64,000 nt of DNA from positions 554,842 to 618,841 of the forward strand of contig JBFWNU010000003.1 of the NCBI GenBank assembly GCA_050250895.1, read 5' to 3'. Shown one piece after another: positions 51,102 through 60,715 of this stretch. Source of the stretch: Vulcanimicrobiota bacterium (GTDB lineage: Bacteria; Vulcanimicrobiota; Xenobia; Xenobiales; JADMJV01). The notes under the pieces were generated by a model. The model did no database searches and had not been told where the DNA came from. It worked only from the letters and a program-made list of their open reading frames with translations. The translations under genes were made by a program, and so were the position numbers. Each line of letters opens with the position of its first letter. Position 1 is the stretch's first letter.

Positions 51102-52108
51102 TCGACCTGCGCAGCGACACGGTCACGGCCCCCTCGCAAGCTATGCGCGAGGCGATGGCCGGGGCCGAGGTGGGTGACGACGTCTATGGCGAAGACCCCA
51201 CCGTGCGCCGCCTGGAAGAGACGGCCGCCGAGCGGCTGGGCAAAGAGGCGGCCCTGTTCGTGCCCTCGGGCACCATGGCCAACCAGCTGGCCATCATGGT
51301 CTGGACCCGCCCGGGCCAGCAGGTGCTGTTCGAGTCGCGCAGCCACATCGTGCTCTACGAGATGGCCGCTACCTCGCTGCTCGCGGGCGTGGCGCCCTAT
51401 CTGCTTCACACTGACGAGGGCTGGTTTTCGGCCGAGACGGTGGCCGCCCGCCTGGCTGCTCCCGAGAGCTATGGCTCGACCTCGACCACCCTGGTGTGCG
51501 TCGAGAATAGTCACAATCGAGCCGGCGGACGCATCTTTCCCCACGCCGAGCTGGTGCGGCTGGGAGAGTTTTGTCGCTCCAACGACCTGCGCCTGCATCT
51601 TGACGGAGCCCGTCTCTTCAACGCTGCCGTGGCCTCGGGCACGAGTGCGGCCAGCCTGGCCGAACCGGCCGACTCCTTAATGTTTTGCCTGTCGAAAGGG
51701 CTGGGCTGTCCGGTGGGCTCGGTGTTGTGCGGCCCGGCTGATTTCATTGCCCGAGCCCGCGAATTGCGCGCTCTGCTGGGCGGAGCCATGCGTCAGGCGG
51801 GCGTGCTGGCGGCGGCCGGTCTGCTGGCCCTCGACACGATGGTCGAACGGCTGGCCGAAGACCATCGCCGGGCGGCTCGCCTGGCGGCTGGGCTGGCCGA
51901 ACTTCCGGGCGTGAGTCCGCGGCGGGTCGAGACCAACATCCTCAACTTCGAGGTAGCCTCACCGGCGGCCCAGGTGGTGCAGGGCCTGAGGGCTCGTGGC
52001 GTGGCCGCCTTCGCCATCGACCACCAGCTGATCCGCATGGTTTGCCACTGCCACATCACTGACGCCGACATCGAAGCCACCATTCAGGCCGTGGCTGCAG
52101 CGGCCTGA
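51098..52108 (+). CDS. ltaE: Low-specificity L-threonine aldolase
   Basis: DLRSDTVT, GDDVYGEDPT, SGTMAN, HLDGAR, CLSKGLG. Confidence 0.92.
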   Translation: MIDLRSDTVTAPSQAMREAMAGAEVGDDVYGEDPTVRRLEETAAERLGKEAALFVPSGTMANQLAIMVWTRPGQQVLFESRSHIVLYEMAATSLLAGVAPYLLHTDEGWFSAETVAARLAAPESYGSTSTTLVCVENSHNRAGGRIFPHAELVRLGEFCRSNDLRLHLDGARLFNAAVASGTSAASLAEPADSLMFCLSKGLGCPVGSVLCGPADFIARARELRALLGGAMRQAGVLAAAGLLALDTMVERLAEDHRRAARLAAGLAELPGVSPRRVETNILNFEVASPAAQVVQGLRARGVAAFAIDHQLIRMVCHCHITDADIEATIQAVAAAA

Positions 52109-52149
52109 GGAGATTTGCAACCGACCGCGAACTTAGGCAGATGCTGTAG

Positions 52150-52734
52150 TTGCCGCAAGAGCAGAGAGTGGTCCTCAATCCGTGTAGCTGGGAGACCTAT
52201 CACCGCATCCTGGAAGAACACCAGGATCGGACCAGTCCGCGTTTCACCTACGATGAGGGAAGACTCGAGATCATGAGGCCATCACCCGAGCACGAGGAAC
52301 TCAACGAGGCGGTCAAGCAGATCGTTTCCCTGGCCTGTGAAGAGCTCGAGATCGAAGTTCGACCTCTGGGCTCGACCACCCAGCGTAGCCTCGAGCAGCA
52401 TAAGGGAGTCGAGCCGGACTCGTCTTTCTATTTTGGCCAAACCGACCGCGACCCGCATGTGGCGCCTCCCGACCTGGTGGTCGAGGTCGAGATCAGTCGC
52501 TCGGCCCTCGACAAACTTCCCATCTTCGCCGCTCTGGCGGTGCCAGAAGTCTGGCGTTGCGGTCGCGACAGCGTCGAATTTCTCCGCTTGTCCGAGACGG
52601 GGTATGAGGCCGTCGACAGAAGCGTTTGGCTGCCTGTGACCTCTGTCTGGCTGGCCCGGCAACTGGTCGCCCGCCCGAAGATGCCCCGTAGTCAGTGGCT
52701 CAAGGCCATGCGCGCGTCTCTGGCCGGATGTTAA
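52150..52734 (+). CDS. Uma2 family endonuclease
   Basis: SWETY, GRLEIM.PS.EHE, EPDSSFY, PDLVVEVEIS, VPEVW. Confidence 0.9.
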   Translation: MPQEQRVVLNPCSWETYHRILEEHQDRTSPRFTYDEGRLEIMRPSPEHEELNEAVKQIVSLACEELEIEVRPLGSTTQRSLEQHKGVEPDSSFYFGQTDRDPHVAPPDLVVEVEISRSALDKLPIFAALAVPEVWRCGRDSVEFLRLSETGYEAVDRSVWLPVTSVWLARQLVARPKMPRSQWLKAMRASLAGC

Positions 52735-52804
52735 CTTTCCGGTAACACCGGTGCGCAGCCGATAGGGGGGCAAGAGTTTGGGCCTGCGACCAGAAGTACG
52801 TGGT

Positions 52805-54499
52805 ATGAATAACGAAATCGGCCGCATTAGGACCACTCCCCAAGTCTATCGTGCGCAGGGCTCCGCTGGCCCCGCCCAGACCGCCGAGTCGTCCCCGGCC
52901 GTTACTCCGTCGGACGTCGCTGAAATCGGCAACTCGCCGGCGCCCGCCAAATCCCGGACTGCCTCGCTCAACATTAGCTTTCGGGTGCCCGCCGCCACCC
53001 TGGCGGCCACGGGCGGCCTGGCCAACCTCACGGCCGCCTTCGTGCTCGATAGCGAAGTCGACACGGTCAGTCGCACCTGGCAGCCCGAAGGCCAGGGCAA
53101 GGTGGTGGCCGGAGCCGAGGTGTTGAGTGTGCAGGCTAATCCGGCTGAAGATGGAGTGGCTCAGCGTTATATCGGCATCGCGGTCGGAGACGACCTGATT
53201 GCCAAGGAAGACCAGCACCAACCGCTTTACTTCGATGCTCAGGGCCAGGAGCAATCTCCCCAAACGTTGAGCCAGGCCATGCAGGGCCTGGGCGAGTTGG
53301 ACAAGCGTGATGCCGAAGTCCACTTTCATCTGGACGTCCCGATCGAGATCGTTGAAGGCGGAGTGGCCTCGACCCTGGCCCTGATCCCCTCGGACGAACT
53401 CGCCCCCGATGGCACCTGGAAACCCGGACAGGGCAGCCAGGCTCTGGCTCCTGAACTCTACACCGTAAACCTGAGCAACAAGCCCGAGGACGGCGTTGGG
53501 GTCGCTCACATGGCGGTACGAGGCAGCCTGGATGAGATCAACGCCAGCGGCCTCGAAGAGGTCGAGCCGCGGGCTCAGCGCTCTCTGACCGCCCGAAATC
53601 GCGTGGCCGCCGTAGGGTTGACCGAACAAGAGCCGCTCTCGCGGGGGCGCCTCGAACAAGAAGGTTTCACCCCCGACAGTGCTGCTGACGGCCTCAAAGC
53701 TTACGTCGAGGCCCTCGAATCCCACCCTCAGGGCCTACCCGCCGAGTGGGCGGCCAACCCCGACAATCGCAAACTGGCTGCCCTCTACGAATTCGTGTCG
53801 GCAGCAGGCACGGTGGGCCAGGCTCGCCAGACCCTGAGCCATCTGGCGGTCGAGTCGGCCAAGGTGGCCGTGGCGCGTGGGGGCGAGCCCGAGGCCGAAG
53901 ACATGCATCCGGCCGTTTTTCAGGCGCTCAAGCCCAAGCTCGAGATGTTGCTCGGCTCGACCGATCCGTTCAAGGCCTGGGCCAACGTCAAAGCCACGGG
54001 TGAGCGCACCACCATGCACACTCTCGATCGCCTGGCGGGGATGCTGGCTCCTTCCGGCTCGGGCTCGAGCGTGGTGGCCGGCAGCAAAGACTTGACGCTG
54101 CTCGCTACGGCCCGCCATCGGGCCCAGATGCTGCAGACCATGATGGCCGACAATCCCGACGCCCCACCCATGGCCCGCCTCGGCGTCAGGCCCGAGAACT
54201 TGACCCTGGGCGACCTCAAGCGCCAGTCCGACCTGGTGCTCGAAGGGTATCACGCGGCCCAGCAAAAGGGCCCTCTGGCCAGGTTCGGGCGTCGCGCCTT
54301 TGACACGGTGGTCGGGCTGGCGGCCCGGGTGGTGGCCGGCCCCATGGCGGCCGGTCTCTACAACACCGACAAGATGGCGGCGCAAGAACGCGAGATGAAT
54401 CGCGTGCTCGAACTGGCCATCAGCAAGTCCGACGAGGGCGACCTGGCCCTGGCCAGCTGGCTCCAGAGCGAACTCAAAGGCTCGGCTCAGAATTCGTGA
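52805..54499 (+). CDS. Hypothetical protein with a duplicated N-terminal domain shared with 55833-58172
   Basis: Long ORF; RVPAA...GGL...TW...AEVL and VP...TLALIP..E...GTW...LAPELY. Confidence 0.75.
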   Translation: MNNEIGRIRTTPQVYRAQGSAGPAQTAESSPAVTPSDVAEIGNSPAPAKSRTASLNISFRVPAATLAATGGLANLTAAFVLDSEVDTVSRTWQPEGQGKVVAGAEVLSVQANPAEDGVAQRYIGIAVGDDLIAKEDQHQPLYFDAQGQEQSPQTLSQAMQGLGELDKRDAEVHFHLDVPIEIVEGGVASTLALIPSDELAPDGTWKPGQGSQALAPELYTVNLSNKPEDGVGVAHMAVRGSLDEINASGLEEVEPRAQRSLTARNRVAAVGLTEQEPLSRGRLEQEGFTPDSAADGLKAYVEALESHPQGLPAEWAANPDNRKLAALYEFVSAAGTVGQARQTLSHLAVESAKVAVARGGEPEAEDMHPAVFQALKPKLEMLLGSTDPFKAWANVKATGERTTMHTLDRLAGMLAPSGSGSSVVAGSKDLTLLATARHRAQMLQTMMADNPDAPPMARLGVRPENLTLGDLKRQSDLVLEGYHAAQQKGPLARFGRRAFDTVVGLAARVVAGPMAAGLYNTDKMAAQEREMNRVLELAISKSDEGDLALASWLQSELKGSAQNS

Positions 54500-55443
54500 A
54501 CGTGCAGGCTGTAGCGGCCTTCGTCGTGCTTGCCCCAGTCGAGCCGGGTGAAAGCGATGGCCGTGCCGTCGGGTGACCAGCGCGGCGCGTACTCGTCGCC
54601 GGGCCGCGTGCTGATCGCTTTGACGTTCTGACCGTCGGCGTCCATCACGTAAAGGTCGAACTCGTCGCCTCCGGCCATGCTCGAGATGAAGGCGATCTTG
54701 CTGCCGTCGGGCGACCAGGTAGCGTCATAGACCCGCCCGGGAAAGCTGGTCAACTGTCGCTGCTTGCCGGTGGTCGGTTCGATGGTCCAAAGGTCAGAAT
54801 GCGGGATGACCCGGTCGTGGCGCTCGAACAGGATCTTATCGCCGCGGGGTGACCACTCTGGCGTGCGGTCTTCATACATCCCGCCCTCGCCGTCACTGAG
54901 CAGGCGGTCTTTCTTGCCACTGGTGTCGGTAATGCGCAACTGGAATTCGCCCTCGTTGTAGGTCTCGTAGGCGACCTGTTCGCCCTTGGGATCCCACGAC
55001 CAGTCGTCTTGCAACAACCCGCCCTGGCTTACCGGATGAGCCCCGCTGCCGTCGGCGTTGGCGATAGCCAGCCGATTCGGGCCACTGCCCTTCACCAACT
55101 GGTAGGCGATCTTCGTGCCCTGGGGGTTCCACTCGGGCTCGCGGGCGTCGTTGAGGATGCGCTCGAAGTTGCTACCGTCGGGGTCGCACAGATAGATACC
55201 CCAGCTGGCCGGCCGGCCCGCCTCGCGAGGCACGTGAGCCGAGAAGGCGATCTTGTCGCCCTTCGGGCTCCAGTCGGGATAGTTGACCCAGGTCGGTCGA
55301 GGGCTGAAGCTATCTTGTTCTGAGGCGTTGTCGCGGCTGGCGATGACCGTGTCGGAGCCCACCTCGGCGATGACCTGACGGCTGTCCGGGCTCCAGGTGG
55401 GGTGGCTGTTGGTGTTGGGGTAGGCAGTGGGGGCTAGCTTCAT
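54487..55443 (-). CDS. TolB-like PD40 beta-propeller protein
   Basis: Seven P.W[SND]P.G.[KQ]I repeats; SD AAGGAG. Confidence 0.88.
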   Translation of the reverse strand: MKLAPTAYPNTNSHPTWSPDSRQVIAEVGSDTVIASRDNASEQDSFSPRPTWVNYPDWSPKGDKIAFSAHVPREAGRPASWGIYLCDPDGSNFERILNDAREPEWNPQGTKIAYQLVKGSGPNRLAIANADGSGAHPVSQGGLLQDDWSWDPKGEQVAYETYNEGEFQLRITDTSGKKDRLLSDGEGGMYEDRTPEWSPRGDKILFERHDRVIPHSDLWTIEPTTGKQRQLTSFPGRVYDATWSPDGSKIAFISSMAGGDEFDLYVMDADGQNVKAISTRPGDEYAPRWSPDGTAIAFTRLDWGKHDEGRYSLHVHEF

Positions 55444-55569
55444 CTCTTTCTCCTTTATGTCGAAGCACGGTCGGAGGAGATGAGCGTGCTCATCCTAACC
55501 GCCCCCGCCGCCCCTGGTGCGGACAGTTTGTTAACTTCCGCGCGCAAGTAGGGGCCTGTCTGGCGAACC

Positions 55570-55836
55570 TTAAGCTCGGGCGACTTTGGACTTGACGACC
55601 TTGGTGATGAAGACGGCCAGGTCGGGAAAGTCGCACACCCAGGGGGCTGGCGACTCGAGGTAAGACTCGTAGGACTGGCGCCCATAGCCGGCCTCGTGGC
55701 GGCGGGCTTCGGGGTCGAGGGGGCCGGCTTCGACATGGACCTGGCCGCCATCAAGCTGGACCTGCACCAGCCATTCCTCGCCTACATGGAGCCCGCGCCA
55801 CTCCCACTCGTCGGGGGAGTAAGAGGTCACGCTCAC
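55570..55836 (-). CDS. Small hypothetical protein coupled to the protease gene
   Basis: GTG start overlapping the upstream TGA; 88 aa. Confidence 0.6.
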   Translation of the reverse strand: MSVTSYSPDEWEWRGLHVGEEWLVQVQLDGGQVHVEAGPLDPEARRHEAGYGRQSYESYLESPAPWVCDFPDLAVFITKVVKSKVARA

Positions 55837-58172
55837 GGGTTCTTGCCGGTGACCGACTGAAGCAGGGCGTAAACGTCGGGGTGGTTCTGCTTGAGCCAAC
55901 CTGGGCCTTCGGGGCCGTGAAGGGCGCTGAACTCTTCTTCGAGCGTGGGCAAAAACTCGATGCGCGATGAGCCATAGAGGCTCTGGAAGGGTCCTTTGGC
56001 CTCGGCCGTGCGAGCATAGGCAGCGTCGAGCATGTCGAGTTCCTTGTCGGTGGCGCAGTGGGACTCGAACAGGTGCCAGAACTCGTGCTCGACCATCTCG
56101 CGGCCGCGGGGGTCCGAGAGGAACTCTTCGCCGATGGCCAGATAGACCTTGCCCGAGGGGTGGTTGGCGAAGTTGGCCAGGCGCAGGGTCGAAGCATCGA
56201 TGCCGTCGCGCTGGGCGAAATCAAACACAGCCTGGACCTCAGCGTCTTTGGGAATGACCACGATCTCGACCGGCTTGCCGCGCTCGCGAGCGCGGCTGGC
56301 GGATTTCACCAACTCTTCGACCGGCGCGTCAGGGCCGGCGCCCAAGACCCTGGCTAGTCCCTCGCGCAGTTTGTCGGCCGAGACCGATTCGAGCACTTCG
56401 CTATAAGACGTGGCTTGCGAGAGGTCGGGGCTGCCATCGCGGGTGCAGTTGGCCACGAAACTCAGCGCGTCGGTGCCCAGAGTCTGGCGGGGCCCTCGCA
56501 TCCGCTCGCCGCAAACGCCTTCGAGGATCTCCCGCACCGTCTCGAGACTGGCCGCGCCGGCCGCGCTGATGGTGATGCCTGGAATACTAGTGTCTAGCGG
56601 CCAGGCCTCACGGTTGACGGGCTCGCTCGAGCGTGCTGAGGCCAGTTCGTCCATGATGTCGAACATGAACTTATCGCGGTTCGAGCGAAGGGCCGCCACC
56701 GAGGGAATCATGCCTTTGAAATCGTCAAGCTCATGGGGCTTGAGGGGCTGGCCGTCGGGTCCCAGCGGGCCCACACTCAGGTGCCCCTGGTCGTTGACAA
56801 AAACCTGCAGACCGTGGGCCGGATGGCCCATCACCGGATCGACGGTGGGATAGACCGTGAAGAGCCAGGCCGGGGCATCGGGACCGGGCGGGACGGGAGC
56901 ACCACTGGCCATCTTACGCAGCGTCTCCTCCAGCCCCAATCGCTTCGGGCTGCGGCCGTCGAGGGCGGAGAGATTGCCCTGTTTATCGATCAGGACCGCT
57001 GCTTTAGGGTCGAATTGGTAGCCGTTCGCGCGTATCGCCTCACAGGCTGCCGAGTTGAAAATCACCGGGCAGTCGCGGCCGCCCATCGGGGCGAGGTAGG
57101 GAGTGTCGGGTTCGGGCGTGAGGGTGCCTTCGAAGCGGTATCCCTCAGGGCAGACAAAGTCGAGCTTGCCTTCGGAGGTGGCCTCGATGCGTAGCTGTTG
57201 GTTAGGAAATCCAAAGCGCTCGGCCTTTTCGCAGTAGAGGGCATACGGCTTGGCCGATGAGCCGGTGGCCCGGGTATATTCGGTGGGGTGGCCAAGGGCC
57301 ATGTGAACCTGAGTGCCCTTGGGGTCGGGAGTGGCGACCAGGCCCTGATCGAATACGATTCCGGTGGTCGGCCCGAAAGTCTGGCGGAGTAGCTCGAGAG
57401 CTCCTCTGGTGAGTTCGACCTCGACCGGGTGGCCTTCGAGGTCGACCGTCTTTCGGCTTACTACCTGGCGGCTCTGGGCCTGGTCCCAAGCCTTCTCGGG
57501 GTCGCTAGCTTGGAGGGTTTGATCGACACAAAAGGTCTGCAGGACCGAGTGGGTGCCCGGCGCCAGCTGGTGATCCAGCGATTGCGCCGACAGGACCTCG
57601 GGGGCCAGGCCGTGGTTGGGTCCCTGCAACAGGGCGACGGTCATACCTTCCATGGCGGCCATCTGCTCGGTAGGGATGGTGAGAGTCGCCTGGAGGAACA
57701 GATCCTGGCCGCTCTTTACCGATAGATGCTCGGGGGCGCCCGCCTCACGCCAGCCGTCGGGACCGTGAAAAATGAGACCTGCGGCCGACTGAAGATTTTC
57801 GGGTAAAGAATCTGTCGTCACCGCCGAGATCCGAGTTTCAGGAACGCGACCCGGCGCCTGGTCGACGGGAGCCGCCATGTCGAGCACCTCTGGTGTCCAG
57901 GCTGGCTTGTCAGACTGCCAGCGACCGTCTTTGACCTCGGCCTCGGGCACGAGCGCCAGAGTCATCCCGTTCAGGCCGCCGACCATAGCCGCCGGCACCC
58001 GAAGCAAGACGTGCAGGGGAGTCTTGGGTACCGTGGTCGGTCCGGGCTGGCCACCAGAAAGCTCGACGGCCTCAGCCGGCTCGACGGGCTGCTCGACAGG
58101 AGTCGGACCGGCGGCGCGGGCCGTGACGAGCGGCTGGGGTCTGACGTAACCGGACTGGATCGGACTGGGCAT
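55833..58172 (-). CDS. Large protein with C-terminal HExxH zinc metallopeptidase domain (lethal-factor/PPEP-like)
   Basis: HEFWH followed by Y..S..EF; SD AGGAGG; no Sec signal. Confidence 0.7.
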   Translation of the reverse strand: MPSPIQSGYVRPQPLVTARAAGPTPVEQPVEPAEAVELSGGQPGPTTVPKTPLHVLLRVPAAMVGGLNGMTLALVPEAEVKDGRWQSDKPAWTPEVLDMAAPVDQAPGRVPETRISAVTTDSLPENLQSAAGLIFHGPDGWREAGAPEHLSVKSGQDLFLQATLTIPTEQMAAMEGMTVALLQGPNHGLAPEVLSAQSLDHQLAPGTHSVLQTFCVDQTLQASDPEKAWDQAQSRQVVSRKTVDLEGHPVEVELTRGALELLRQTFGPTTGIVFDQGLVATPDPKGTQVHMALGHPTEYTRATGSSAKPYALYCEKAERFGFPNQQLRIEATSEGKLDFVCPEGYRFEGTLTPEPDTPYLAPMGGRDCPVIFNSAACEAIRANGYQFDPKAAVLIDKQGNLSALDGRSPKRLGLEETLRKMASGAPVPPGPDAPAWLFTVYPTVDPVMGHPAHGLQVFVNDQGHLSVGPLGPDGQPLKPHELDDFKGMIPSVAALRSNRDKFMFDIMDELASARSSEPVNREAWPLDTSIPGITISAAGAASLETVREILEGVCGERMRGPRQTLGTDALSFVANCTRDGSPDLSQATSYSEVLESVSADKLREGLARVLGAGPDAPVEELVKSASRARERGKPVEIVVIPKDAEVQAVFDFAQRDGIDASTLRLANFANHPSGKVYLAIGEEFLSDPRGREMVEHEFWHLFESHCATDKELDMLDAAYARTAEAKGPFQSLYGSSRIEFLPTLEEEFSALHGPEGPGWLKQNHPDVYALLQSVTGKNP

Positions 58173-58253
58173 GGGAAATCCTCCTGCCCGAATATTATCT
58201 CCGAGTCAGGTTTGGGATTTGTGGGAGCGGCCGCCCCGAATGTTGCCGGAGTG

Positions 58254-58589
58254 TTAAAACTTGGCGATAAACCAGCCCGGTTGGTCGCCCTCGGGCTGGG
58301 GCAACTGGCCGGGAAAGTCGACCCAGGCGCCTCGGTCGTAATGAGGCAGCTCGATGGGCGTCTCGATGGGGAACGGGCCGGCCGGTTGGGGACACTCGAC
58401 CGGGATCTCGGGCGCGATGGTGGGCAAGGTCACGGGTTGGCGAGGGATGGCGATGGGCAGTTCGGTAGGCACCCGCACCACCTCATCCGGGCCGCCCGGA
58501 AACGAGGGGGCGATCACGGGAAACTGCTCGGGCTGGCCGGGCAGTTGAACGCGGCCGGGCACATAGGGCATAAGGGTGGTGTTGACCAT
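58254..58589 (-). CDS. Small proline-rich protein
   Basis: SD GGAGG with ATG 58589; P-x-x-hydrophobic-P pattern. Confidence 0.55.
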   Translation of the reverse strand: MVNTTLMPYVPGRVQLPGQPEQFPVIAPSFPGGPDEVVRVPTELPIAIPRQPVTLPTIAPEIPVECPQPAGPFPIETPIELPHYDRGAWVDFPGQLPQPEGDQPGWFIAKF

Positions 58590-58633
58590 AGGAACCTCCA
58601 GCCTCAGGATAGGGGAGGGGCCTGAAAAAAGCC

Positions 58634-59344
58634 TTATAGAGGAGTCATTCTCATGAGCAGCCGTTCGCGCCCATCGCGGGTTGGATTCGACGAGATCAAG
58701 ACCTGGACCGTGCCGTCTTCTGCCTGCACTTGAAAACGGCCGTACTGGCTGCGCGAGCCGTCGGCCACTTCCATACCCGAGAGCTTCTTGAGGTGGAAAA
58801 TCATGGGACGATACAGTTCCATGGGGAAGTGGTGCTCCATAAAGCCCGTCCAACGGCGCCCGCCGTCCCAGCGTAGCACGCTGACATGCTGATCGCCCGG
58901 CTCGACCTTGGCTTCGCTCAGTCCGTTCTCGAGGGCCGAGGCCAACACGGTTTCGACGCAGTTCTGGATGCTGGGCTCCTGGGCCAGACGCATCACTGCG
59001 GTGAAGCGCAGCCAGGGTTGAGCCCGGCCCAGGTGAAGATAGACGTTGCTCTGGTCAAAGACCAGCGAGATGGGGTGTTCTTTGCCCTCATGCTCGAGGT
59101 TGAGCTCGCCGATTTCGAGTTCGTCGATGGGAGTGACCTGGGCCAGTTCGCGATAGGCCGCGAGCAGGCGGGGCCCGAGTTCGGGACGGGCTTCGAGGCT
59201 GAGGATTCGGTCACCCTCGACCAGCTCGAAGACCCGCACCATCCGCTCTCCGGGCTCGATCGATATCTGAGTCGCCCCCGCCGCCAGGGCCGTCGAAAGG
59301 ATGGCTACAGCCAGGCCGCTGGCCGGTTTGGTGGACTCGTCCAT
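58634..59344 (-). CDS. Protein of two tandem PilB/GspE N2-like domains, no ATPase domain
   Basis: GATQISIEP and GLSEAKVEP...LKKLSGMEVA..SRSQYGRF...SSNPTRDGRERLLMR; no Walker A. Confidence 0.7.
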   Translation of the reverse strand: MDESTKPASGLAVAILSTALAAGATQISIEPGERMVRVFELVEGDRILSLEARPELGPRLLAAYRELAQVTPIDELEIGELNLEHEGKEHPISLVFDQSNVYLHLGRAQPWLRFTAVMRLAQEPSIQNCVETVLASALENGLSEAKVEPGDQHVSVLRWDGGRRWTGFMEHHFPMELYRPMIFHLKKLSGMEVADGSRSQYGRFQVQAEDGTVQVLISSNPTRDGRERLLMRMTPL

Positions 59345-59353
59345 AGCGCTTGC

Positions 59354-59800
59354 CTAGGGCCGCCCCAGCAGACTCCGCTTGGCCAGCACTTTGGTCAACT
59401 CGACCATTCCCATCAGACCCTGACCTTTGCCCATGGAGAGGTCCTTGCCGAAGATGCGCAGCACCAGGTCGGTGTCGATTTTGTTGATCTCCTCGGCCGT
59501 TTCACCCGAGAGGGTTTCATCGAGGATCACCGCCATCGCTTTGGCCGAGATGCCCTGGGGGTTCTCGACCGCGAAATGGAGTTTGAGGGTTCCGTCCGGC
59601 CTTTCTTCAATCCAGACGTAAGCCTCCGACTCGCATCGCTGCACCCGATGGGCCTCGGGAAAGGGCCGCTCGGCGATGGTGGGGGGAACCTCCTGGAAGC
59701 GATCGGCAAAATCGATCAGCATCATCAACCGATCATTGCGATCCTCGACATAAGAGATGTCTTCGAGCAGCTCCGCCACCCGAGGGGGATAGTCCGACAT
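59354..59800 (-). CDS. sufE: SufE-family sulfur acceptor
   Basis: RVQRCESEAYVW; TGATG overlap with the sulfurtransferase. Confidence 0.85.
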   Translation of the reverse strand: MSDYPPRVAELLEDISYVEDRNDRLMMLIDFADRFQEVPPTIAERPFPEAHRVQRCESEAYVWIEERPDGTLKLHFAVENPQGISAKAMAVILDETLSGETAEEINKIDTDLVLRIFGKDLSMGKGQGLMGMVELTKVLAKRSLLGRP

Positions 59801-60681
59801 CAGGGCTTTTCGATGGGCACGCCCACCAGGTTGCCCCATTCGGTCCAACTGCCGTCATAGTTGCGCACGGTGGGCCAGCCCAGCAGGTGGTGGAGAACGA
59901 ACCAGCTGTGGCTCGAGCGCTCGCCGATGCGGCAGTAGCACACGATATCGTCTTTAGACGACAGACCTTGCTCGGTCTCATAGATGGCCCGTAACTCGTC
60001 GGCGGTTTTGAAGGTGCCGTCTTCGTTGGCAGCCCGGGCCCAGGGAACGCTCTTGGCGCCCGGGATGTGGCCGCCGCGCAGGGCTCCTTCGTTGGGATAG
60101 TCGGGCATGTGCAGGCGCTCGCCGGTGAACTCTTGCGGGCTGCGCACATCGACCAGCGGTTTCTTGGCTTTGACGTGCTCGAGCACCTGGTCGCGAAAGG
60201 CGCGCAGCTTGCTGTCGTCACGCTCTTTGGCAGGGTAACTGGTGGGCTCGAACTTGGGGACCTCGCGGGTCAACTCGCGCTTTTCAGCCTCCCATTTGGC
60301 CCGACCGCCGTCCATCAGCTTGACCTTCTGGTGGCCAAACAGCGAGAAGACCCAGAGGGCATAGGCCGCCCACCAGTTGCTCTTGTCGCCGTAGAAGACG
60401 ATGGTCGTGTCGGGAGTGGCTCCGATACGCGACATCAACTGGGCGAAGCCGTCGCGGCCCAGATAGTCGCGCACCAACTGGTCGTTGAGATCGGCTGTCC
60501 AGTCGACCTGGACCGCTCCCGGAATGTGACCCGAGGAATAGAGCAGGATGTCTTCGTTGCTCTCGACCAGACGGATCGAGGGATCGTTGAGGTGCTCGGC
60601 CACCCAATCCGTCGACACCAGGATGTCCGGGTTGGCGTAGCCGCGGTCTGCGATTGCGATTTTCGTGTTACTCTGTGCCAT
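59800..60681 (-). CDS. Two-domain rhodanese sulfurtransferase (SseA/CysA-like)
   Basis: GHIPGA x2, [18 protein letters not shown]. Confidence 0.95.
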   Translation of the reverse strand: MAQSNTKIAIADRGYANPDILVSTDWVAEHLNDPSIRLVESNEDILLYSSGHIPGAVQVDWTADLNDQLVRDYLGRDGFAQLMSRIGATPDTTIVFYGDKSNWWAAYALWVFSLFGHQKVKLMDGGRAKWEAEKRELTREVPKFEPTSYPAKERDDSKLRAFRDQVLEHVKAKKPLVDVRSPQEFTGERLHMPDYPNEGALRGGHIPGAKSVPWARAANEDGTFKTADELRAIYETEQGLSSKDDIVCYCRIGERSSHSWFVLHHLLGWPTVRNYDGSWTEWGNLVGVPIEKP

Positions 60682-60715
60682 TTGGCCGCGCTTCGGCGCG
60701 CAAACGGCGGAACCT

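Noticed and set aside
52743-52765. Sigma28 promoter (GCCGATAG)
   Set aside because: The -10 matches, but there is no TAAA at the canonical spacing.
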